In this document: positions 54,126 to 64,000 of the stretch, one piece after another
Position numbering within the stretch: position 1 is the stretch's first letter
How the letters are laid out: each line of letters opens with the position of its first letter
Source: Flaccisagitta enflata
Lineage: Eukaryota
Direction: 5' to 3'
Assembly (NCBI GenBank): GCA_965153355.1
Contig: OZ231126.1
Span: 46,562,001 to 46,626,000 of the forward strand
DNA length: 64,000 nucleotides
The notes under the pieces: model-generated
Databases searched by the model: none
Told to the model about the DNA's origin: nothing
Seen by the model: only the letters and a program-made list of their open reading frames with translations
Translations under genes and position numbers: made by a program

Positions 54126-56122
54126 CTGATAACTTTCAACAAATTGGAGAAAAAACATCACCAAATGTGTGAATTACTGTCTATCAATACCACATGATAA
54201 ATAATTAGGCGGAAAAACATAACTCTTGTCTAGCCTAGCATGATGAAACCAGGGACATGATTTTCATGCGAGTTCAGCACATGTTATGACGGGTTATTGA
54301 CAGATTTTTATGTTTGCCAGCCACTCTGTTTCAACTCCCACCTCTGACATTGTAAGCTGAGACCTTTCTCGTCGACATGAAGGAAGAAAGGCAACTAAGA
54401 AAAGGATTGGATTCTGCTGTTTCAGTCAACACAATTAAGATTAGTTATCAATCCAAAGAAGAAAAAAGGATTGCCATTTCCTTGTCGACTTAGAAGAGAC
54501 AAGAAAGGTATTAAAATTACGCCCTTTTTTCTCATTCTTTTTAGTTGCGGACACGCAACTCTATAAGAGGCTTTGTCCGTCCGTCCGTTGGTTGGTCCGT
54601 CCGTAACCATCGAGTCGAAAAGTGAGTAAACGCGCATTTCCGCCCCTGCCCACCCGTCCGCAACTGATGGCCGTGTATCCGGCCTTGTTTTTTCAATCAT
54701 CGCCATACTCAGGGTTTATAGGAATTATGAGTAGAAAAAAGATTTTGAAGAGAGAAATTCCATTTATCATTGATATCATTATATCTATAATCAGATTTGC
54801 TAAGTTTTCAGGCGACAACATTTTTTTACTGTTTTTGCTTTGTGTCCCTACCCACCCTTCCGCGACAATATTGTAACCCCGCATTACTGGTCAGTCGGAA
54901 AGATGTAGCTCTTTCAGCTTAAGATTAAGCGAAAACAGTAACTAAGCTAACAAAATACGTGATGAGAAAGAACAAAATGCATATTCTTAGTCTTTTCTTG
55001 GTCACAAAGAGAACTAAAATTAGAACAAGAGGGCGTTCGCTTGTTAGAATGAGAATAAATCTGAATGGTCAACTGGTTTGGGAGACGACATTTGACGTTA
55101 ATCCCATTCGGTTGGAAGACGAGAGACAGAGAAAATGATGGCTTAGCTCCTTGGCAAAGTCTCAAATGAATATTATCAACGTGCGTGTGCGCAAACGCGC
55201 GTGCGCGTGCGAGTGCCCGTGCCCTTGCGCGTCCCTGGGCCGGGTCATCAACTACCTTCGGCCGTTTCCATCTAAAAATGTTTGGAATGACCCATCGAAA
55301 ATGAGATATGAACGACGGTATTTACCCCAAGATCGACAGACAGACCGATGCGGACAGACCGACGTGGACAGACCGATGTGGTCCTCATGAATAATTATGG
55401 CACGTCACCAAAGCGAGGAAAGAAAAAAATTGAGCATGAAGGATGATCAGAGCAGAGAACAACGACGTCATCTTATGTCATTTAAGTTGATTAGTTTTTC
55501 TAGTCGCGTGCATGCGACTCGATACACTATAACCTACTCAGTCGATTGGTCTATCAGTTGTTTGGTCGGTCAGTCGCACATAGTTTTTTTGTGGTTTGAA
55601 AGTGGTTCTTGCATCACTGCCCCTACCAAGATATTTGTTTATCCTATTTCATCATTGCCCCTGCCCGCCCGCACGCGACTTGGGTAGCCGTGTATCCGGC
55701 CTTGTTTCTTTTCCCCTGGCCTCTTGCTCATTCGTTTTCTTTTGCCGGCCAATATGCTTCTGTCCTCCTTGATCCTTTTAACAATTGGTTCTCCTAGTTT
55801 TAATTTGAGACCTCGCATCTCTTCCAAAGGGGTTTCTGTCAGCTTGCCCATTTATTCCTTTCCTAGCAATTGTTGAAAAACAGTTAAAGCCCACTCCAAC
55901 ATACCCGCTTTTAACGGGATTCTACCTAGATAAAAGATGCTAATTTTTTTACCCTTCAGCTCCATATTGGCCCTAACAGAATCCGCCTATAACAGATGAA
56001 ATTTTTAAGATACTTGAAATCTGTTGGAGTTGGTGCTTGTGTTTTTTGGTTTAGTCTTTTTCCCTGCAATGGCGAGGAAATTAGTGTGCGGTCTCATATA
56101 TTTCATTCTGACTCTAGTGACG

Positions 56123-56195
<73 letters not shown>

Positions 56196-57502
56196 TCTCG
56201 CTCTCTCTCTCTCTCTCTCTCTGGTTCTCGCACAAGTAGATTAGTTTGACTTCATTGGCAGTAAAGATGGCAGTAAAACTGCCAAAGAGTAAGTCGGTCT
56301 TCAATTAGTCCTCCTTATGAGTAGAATACAGATGCCCTTTGTGGTAGATATAACCCATCTGAGTCCAATCAGGCTCCTAGCCCCCATATCAGAGGTGAAA
56401 TAACAACTTTGGCCTGTTGACTAGCTGTTTGACACAAAAAAATTGAGTATTTAACAAAACCCAGGTAGCACTAGTCAGTTAAAGTCAAGGCCTAAATGCA
56501 GCAAAATGACTTGAAAATTGTATACTATAAACATAGGCCGTTTTCAACCGAGGGGTGAAAAGAGATGAAAAAATAGATTTAAAAAATTGAATGAATCAGT
56601 GCTAAATCCTTAAAACCTCACAAAATAAGAATTTATCATTGGATAATTGTATTCTATGACAGCCACAGCAAATTTATATAAGACAAATCCTACGCCTATG
56701 ACCTGGTGACCTCAAATATGGCCACCTGCACGCGACTTTGGTAGCCGTGTATCCAGCCTTGTTTTTATACATCTTACTTTGCGAATAAAACTGGCAAATG
56801 CACAAAATGTGGTAAACAACTTGGTCAAAGTGCTGATTCTAAACCATATAAAGGTCAATTGCACAGGTCTAGATATTGGTGTGTGGATGCGTTGGTGGGT
56901 CAAGCTGCCACTAACATTGATTTTGCCAGAGGATTGTATCTGGGCCCTTAAGTGGCGGTGGTACATCAAAATATTGATCTTTTTTTTCTTTTATTGTAGA
57001 TCCCCACCCAAAAACTTTTGAATTAGCATGTGGAACTATCTATCCGACAGTCCTTTGGTCTGTTACCCTTTCATTGGATAGTGTTGATTTTTAACTTGCG
57101 TTTAAGTCAATTAAGATTATGCAGTTGAGTGTTTAGGTTGGGGGTAGGCGAGGTTCTATGACATAGCCCTGTTACCTGCATTGCTTGTCTACCCATTAAG
57201 GCCAAAAATGTTTAAGATGGGTCCTGAATGAAGCAATACTATCTTCACAAATAAAATCTTTCCACTGCAAAAATAAGCGCGTTTATTGACTAGTTAAGGA
57301 AAACCAGTTGATCGCAAGTCAATAAATATTAAGTATGTGCATCTCTTGACTGAATCACAGCCGCCATTTTTTCAGTTAGCGATTCTTGGAGCTTCTTGAG
57401 GTACTCTTGAGTGATGGAATCCCAAACCATTTACACCATTTTCTTGATGTGCTCTTTCTCTACGTTTAGACTTATAGCTCTAAAGAGACTCAACGAATCA
57501 TG

Positions 57503-57760
57503 GAAAAATAGGTGACATAAATGAAGCCTTTCGAATTTGCAAGCAGGCTACGCAAACCACATCTGTCTTGCTCAATTTGTTTAGAAGTAATTCAAAAAAG
57601 TGTGAAGTGATATCGGTTGAAGATTGTGTGGAATGGCAAAAGCGAAATTGAAATATTTCATTCAAAGTTGAATAACTCTTGAAGGCATTGAGTTAGAAAA
57701 TGCGGTTTGCGCAGACTGCTTGCAAATTTGAAGAGCTGTAATTTTGTCACCAATTTTTTA
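57503..57760. mobile_element. degenerate fold-back element
   Basis: GGTGACA...AATTTGCAAGCAGGCTACGCAAACC versus GGTTTGCGCAGACTGCTTGCAAATTT...TGTCACC. Confidence 0.55.
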
Positions 57761-59833
57761 GGATTTGTCAAATATAACCAGAGATAAATGTTAAAATGTG
57801 CGAAAAGATTTTATTTGTGAAGATAGTATATATATAAATATACCTGGAGTACCTGCACCCAGTTTTGTTGGATATGAAGCCTATGCTATGAACTCTCACT
57901 GAAAATATCTTTTTCTTAGTTTTCCTGACTTCTATAAAAGAAAAGCAAGGCCAGATACGCGGCAGGACAGTCATGGATGGTCAGGCAGGGACAGTAATGC
58001 AGAATCTGTTTGCAATTAATATTTTGGACAGACTGACCGGCCAATCAACACGTCAAGGTAAAGTCGTGTTTTCACGACTGAAAAGTTAACCTGCACTTAC
58101 AATTTGCATTATAATATCTATATCAACCCATAGTTGGTTACTCTGAAATCTTATCAACAACACAGCAATATAAAGATTAAGGGCTAAAAGAGGTTTGGAA
58201 AAAATGGTAGATGAATGAAATTCAAAAAACTACAAATAATGAAGGTCTTACAATTGACATGATTTCTTCTTTGTTATGATGTTGATGGCTTGATCAAAAC
58301 CCCTTCTCTATATTGACAAAAAAAAAAACTCAGAGAACCTCCTCCACCTTTAATGATGCGTTTTTACCCAAACAAGTGACAGGGGGTCATAATATCTTAG
58401 CAGACAGGTGGGCAGGGGCATCGAACCTCCATCCACACCCCTACCTTGACCCACACACACAAACATACACAAACAAGTATCAAGAACGCTCGTTTTCCCA
58501 CTTTTTGACTTGATCATTACGGACAAACGAACCAACAGACGGATGGACAGATGGACAAAGCCTCTTATAGGGTTGCATGTCAGCAACTACAAAGGCCAAG
58601 TATGCTCCATCAGGGCTCTGGATGAAGCAGTAAACTATCAAAATTTTGTTTGAGGCATTTTAGGTTTCAGAATTGATTTCTGCTGCTCCCAAAGAGGTAA
58701 AATAACTTAGAACTGCCATTACTGCAACACTAAGTCTTTTTCACCAAAAAAAGGCATTAAAATTCTCAGTAAGGGCCCAGTAAAGCTAAGCATGATGGTT
58801 TTTGATCAAGATGTTGATCTTGGACCATTTTTGAATAATGATATAGATTCCTCATCTCAAAATTGATAAGATTACCAATAAAATTGCGACAACAACCTCA
58901 TTTAATGACTTTTTTTTACCAAAATATGGCCAAAAAAAACTCAATTGAGGCCATGAGTGCGACAGTAAATTTTCAAAATATTCATCTTTGACCATTCTTG
59001 ACTAAAGAACTAGTTCCCCTTCTTCAAAATTACTCAAATAGCACATAGAACCACCACTATTACCTTTCTTAATGTTTTTTTATGCAAAAAGTGCTAAAAA
59101 TGCTCAATCAGGGCCCTAAGAATGGCGATTTTGAGCAAAATATTGATCTTAGGTAATCTTTTATGGCAGATTCGAATTCCTCACCCCAAAATTAGTAAAA
59201 TTGACCATTTATGTGCTACTGCTGCTTCACAAAGTGGTATTTTTATCCAAAATAGGCCAAAATTGCCTCAGTCAAATTGACAATGAAAATTCGGGTAATA
59301 CCCCTCACACAAATAGTGTCAGTGCTCCCTGGTATCAAACGAATATGCACCTTTTTTGCAATAAACATTCAGTCAAAACACCAATGATGCTATTTTGCCC
59401 CTGAAATGGGTGCTACAACCTGAATGGGTGGAGGCTATTTGTGGGCCCCGAAGAAGCCATGCTTTCACAAGAACCGATTTTTTTTCGTTCTGTTCCTTCT
59501 TCTTTTTAGTTGCGGACACGCGACTCTACACCTTGCAATTCCGAGCGGTTTTCGCATTTGTTGGAAAATAAGGCATTCTCAAGCAAAGAATTTTTTGGAC
59601 CAAATGACAAAAATTGCTGTTTATGCCAAGCATGATTTTTGGCTCACTACATATTTTCTGAAAATATCCTGGGCATCAATCATCATAAAATGCCAAACCA
59701 TTTCCTAAAAGAGACTTTTTTTTCAGAATTAGATTATCTCGATTGATTTTTGAGCAATGCTTTCAAGAAATGTTAGTCGAGATGGATCAAACTGTATTTG
59801 CATGTTCACACACGCTTCAGTATAGTTCATTAT

Positions 59834-60862
59834 CAGGCCTGAAAATAGAGCGTGCCCGCGTGCCCGGTGCACACAGTTTTGCTGTCGGGCATGCAGCTTT
59901 TGCTAGCTGCGTGCCCGGCATGCACGCTCTTGTTTCTCTTTTATTTTTTTGATCTCTCATGCTTTCAAAAAAAGGGGAAAAAATGTGCAAAATGAGCACT
60001 TTCAGCTTTCTTTTCACCTTCTCGCTTTCAATCCCTCAACCAATCACTTATTCATTTATTCATTCATCAATCCATTCATTTAATCATTCATTCATTCATT
60101 CATTTATTCATTCATTCATTCAGTCAATCTTTCTTAGATCGCAAGGCACAAGTATTGGCGTGAACTCGGCCTTTTTCTTCATCTTTTCCTTTGTGCGTTT
60201 AAATGTGACACTGGAATTTCACCCTTATTTGTTGGATCAATGTTACTCTTTTCAACTGAGAAAAAAGGCCGATATGTGTGCCTGGCTGACTAAGAATGTA
60301 TGAATGAACGTTTTTGATGAATGAACATTTTTAATGAATGCTTGTATGAATGGTTGAAAATTGAAGGGAATGAAGGTGAATAAAAGTGAATGAAAGTGAA
60401 TGAAAGTGAATGAAAGTGAATGAAAGTGAATGAAAGTGAATAAAAGTGAATGAAAGTGGATGAAATTGAATGAAAGTGGGAAGGTTAAAAGAATAAAGAT
60501 TGACGTCAGGATCGGAGGTCTTGTGTGGTTTTGACATTTGCGCGATAGACTGACAGTACAGCCGACCAACCGACTGAGGGACAGGCATGACTTCTTATAC
60601 ACACATGAAAATAAAGTCAAATTAAGCTTAACCTAACCTAGTTTTTTAACAATGCATCAAAACGCTCGTTAATTAAGAACATTATTGTTATTGGTGTGTG
60701 GCTATCTCTATCTCTTTTGAGAGCTTCAGAAAAACATGTGTGGTTAGAAATATGGTAAAACTACCTTTGTTACCGGGCACGCTCTTTTCCTGTCGGGCAC
60801 GCTCAAATTTTGGGGGGCGTGCCCGGCGTGCACGCTCAGGAGAAATACTAATTTCAGGCCTG
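59834..60862. mobile_element. hAT-type MITE with nested HINE-like/ATTC and GAAAGTGAAT repeats
   Basis: CAGGCCTGAAA ... TTTCAGGCCTG. 8-bp TSD TTCATTAT (59826-59833, 60863-60870). CGTGCCCG subrepeats. Confidence 0.85.
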
Positions 60863-62352
60863 TTCATTATTGATCCAACTTGAAATCGAAAAAAATTCAA
60901 TAAAAAAAAAGGAAAAAAGAAAAGATTTAAAAAAAAAATCAAAATTAAAAAAATATTTGTCATAGAGCATTCTGCTTGGTGCCAATGGAAATAGAATTAT
61001 AAAAATTACTTACCCTATCAATTTCATTTGAGGCCACATTAGCTCAACTGAGTTTCTCAACATTCGCATGTAAGGAAATAAAAACCATGTTTCTCTTGAA
61101 TATGTCAAAAATTTGAAGACTTACTTCGACCTTTTTCCCGATGACTTTAGTGTGGTTTACAGCTCATGATTTGCTTAGAGGATCAAATTACTTTTGAAAT
61201 CTGCTTGAAATTGTCAACAATAAAAGGCAAAACCATTATTTTTTTTTCTTTTTAGTCGCTTGCTAAGCGACTCTATAAGAGGGTGTGTCCCTTAGTCCGT
61301 AGGAAGGAAGGTCGGTAACGCGAAAACCTAAATGACTCGAAATCGGCTGGAATAGTATTTTCTGAGCATTACTGTCCCTGCCACATAACGGCCCCGCCCC
61401 CTATATTCTGCCCCTGCCCACCTGCATAACTGCCCCTGCTTGTTGTTCCTTGGTTACGACGTCATGAGATGTTACAAACGGAATGAAACGCTGGTGTGTT
61501 CAGGAATTGCAAAAAATGCTAAAAACGCCTGTGCCAAAAGTTTGGGTACGGTACATGGTGTATATAATGAGGGGGAACCATCGGTGGGACTTTTTGTCTA
61601 ACCATATTAGTGCTCGGATAAGTTTTAGTTGGCCAAAAATGGCCTAAAATGGCCAAATTTGACAATGGACCCTATTACTTGCAAAATGGCAAAAACAGTC
61701 AAATTTTCACCACCCAACATACTTTTTTGGCTTAATGGAGTCAGAATACACTAATGTAGGTGGTAGAGTGGATGGGTGGGAGGGGTCACCCATGGGGTGG
61801 GGGTAAGGGGGCCAAATTGGCCAAAATTCACCTCCTGATGGAGGTGGTTGTAAAAAAAGACAAAAATCAAAAGAGTTGATTTTTTTGGCAAGAATAGGTG
61901 TTAACTAGTGCGTTTCAGCAAAAAAATTGGAATCATTTTGGAAAATAAACAAAAAGTGATCAAATCAAAGTGTTGATGGTTGTTGGTAATTTTGGGATAT
62001 GAACCATTCAACTTCAATTGCTTATAACTTTTTTATGCGGAGGAGAAAAAAAATATGGTTGATCTCATCTGAAAGATCTTTCGAAACTCTTTCAGAATCT
62101 CATGGATTTCAACTCATTTGGTTAAAAAATGGCGGTAAAGTGATCTCGTAAAGTACAGTAAATATTGTGTTTTTTTTTTATGATGGAACCATTGAACTTT
62201 GACTGTTAGTAATTTTGTTGATCTTATCTGAAAGATCTTTCAAAACCCTTTCAGAATTTCATGGTTCCAAAAATGGTGGTGATCTCTCAAGGTACAGTAA
62301 ATATCCATCCAAAAAAATATTGTTACTGCTTTCTTACTATTTTGTATTCATT

Positions 62353-62437
<85 letters not shown>

Positions 62438-63046
62438 AAATAATCGCGAGATGTAAACAAAGATTCAAAAAATCATAACTCAATAAATAATTGTTGTAGA
62501 AGTCAATGTCTCTAACATAGTTGTAGGTTGCCTCTTAGCATGCTGTCGTTTTTGGAACAAATCAGCAGCAACTCATGAATCATGAGGTTCTGTGAGGTTT
62601 ACAATATCTACTGTACTTTGGAAGATCAGTGTGCCGCTATTTTTAAACCAAATGGTTGAAATGGTTTAAATTCATAAGATTGCAGAGAGTTTTGAAAGAT
62701 CTATCAAATGAGACTAACTGCTTTTGTTTGCATCAATTAGCTAAAAAGTTATAAGCAATCAAAGTTGAATGGTTGCGGTGATTTCCGGTCTCAGGCTCTG
62801 GGGGTCAATTTTCATGGTAAACAAGTTGTTCTTGGGCAGATACTCATCGAAACATGGTAAAATTATCATATTTTTTTCAATCCTACATAGTAGAAGAATG
62901 TATCAGGGAGATTTACCAGGCAAGAATGGTTTCAGGCGATATTGTTAAAAATCTTATTGATTTTTTATCATATATTGAACCTTTTTTTCTTTGTAATGTA
63001 TGTGTAACAGGCGCTTATTCACACTTTTATGAAGTTTGAATTCATT

Positions 63047-63431
63047 CAGGGCCCGACAAAATTTTCAGCTGCCTACAAGCTAGATTTTCTTACCAGCTCC
63101 TGCCTACAAAATACTTTCATGACTCTGTGCGTACTGTTATCCGAAACATATTGGAAAATAGTATAAAAGACAATTTTTTGTAGTACCATTATAATAAATT
63201 GTTTCAATTCATCATTGCATATAGATTGTAAACATTACTAAAAGATATGGCAAAATAAATGAAAACATTTGTAGAATTTTGATTTTTTTTTACAAATCTT
63301 TTTATTGATTTTGTAAAATTTTTCTTTATTTTTCTTTTTCATTTTCTTTTTTTTTCTAGTCTCCTTGCTTACAAATTCTGTTAGCTGCCTACAAGCAATG
63401 CTTGCGTGCTTGGGTACTTTGTCGTACCCTG
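63047..63431. mobile_element. hAT-type MITE
   Basis: CAGGGCCCGACAAA ... TTTGTCGTACCCTG. 8-bp TSD AATTCATT (63039-63046, 63432-63439). Confidence 0.85.
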
Positions 63432-64000
63432 AATTCATTATCTGGCTCTGCAATCATGCAGAATGTCATTATAAACCATTTGCCTTCTTTTCAAATCATT
63501 CAAGCAGTGAAAAAAAATTTTCGTTTAATCGGTTGGCCCTTCGATACACAAAAGGGGAAAAATGACAAAAATTAGCGTAAATCATATAGGATGACCATGA
63601 CATTGAAATTTTCCAAGGATGAATACAAGGAGTAGTGCAATGAACATGTTTTTTTGACCACTGTAACATGAGGTAAAAGATAGGCGTCAATAATAAACTT
63701 TTGACTAACCTTTACTGGTTTTACAGGGAACAATTGAGTTTCAGACATTCTAATTATTGTACATTTTCAATTGTCCCAACCGCGTCCGACTTGACTTATC
63801 AACTCTTTGAATACCCCAAAGACCCTCATTATGAAGATTTTCCCTCCTAATCTTTCTTTAAGTAGTGGGGCAGTGATGAAATGAAAGAAATCATCACCTT
63901 TCGCCTATTTTAGTAAGCCAGAGGGGCAAAAATTGAGTTTCGGACATTCAAATTATTGTACATTTTGCACAAAAAATGAAAAATTGACTAAATGCTTTGC

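Noticed and set aside
54200-64000. Upstream GPCR exons or RNA genes (tRNA, snRNA, SL RNA)
   Set aside because: I recognised no TM-coding exon or structured RNA gene by eye. The region is dominated by repeats; tRNAscan-SE/Infernal would be needed to exclude them.

Overview
Metazoan (probably invertebrate) nuclear DNA with GT-AG spliceosomal introns, many microsatellites and non-autonomous transposons. The left 16 kb holds six tightly packed minus-strand genes. In transcription order they are UBE2L3, UXS1, a divergent SmG, selenophosphate synthetase SPS2, a HAD-IIA phosphatase, and an RRM-MYND-multi-Tudor (Vreteno/TDRD1-like) gene that runs off the left edge. SPS2 is a selenoprotein gene: it has an in-frame UGA at 11007-11009 (LKG-U-GCK) and a type II SECIS at about 7029-7100. 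That SECIS is separated from the stop codon by a 1.3-kb Helentron/DINE-like insertion and ends only about 60 nt before the ATG of the next gene, which sits directly behind a splice acceptor. This suggests an operon resolved by trans-splicing (inference). Further right are sFRP1/2/5 head-to-head with a CFAP97D2-like gene. Its probable 15-kb last intron contains a young LINE interrupted by a MITE with a 9-bp TSD. Then come a CUB/Ig-like type I membrane protein, the last exon of a polyQ-tailed class A peptide GPCR, and many hAT, Tc1/mariner and HINE-like elements. Exon boundaries were read by eye and checked for phase. No database searches were run.
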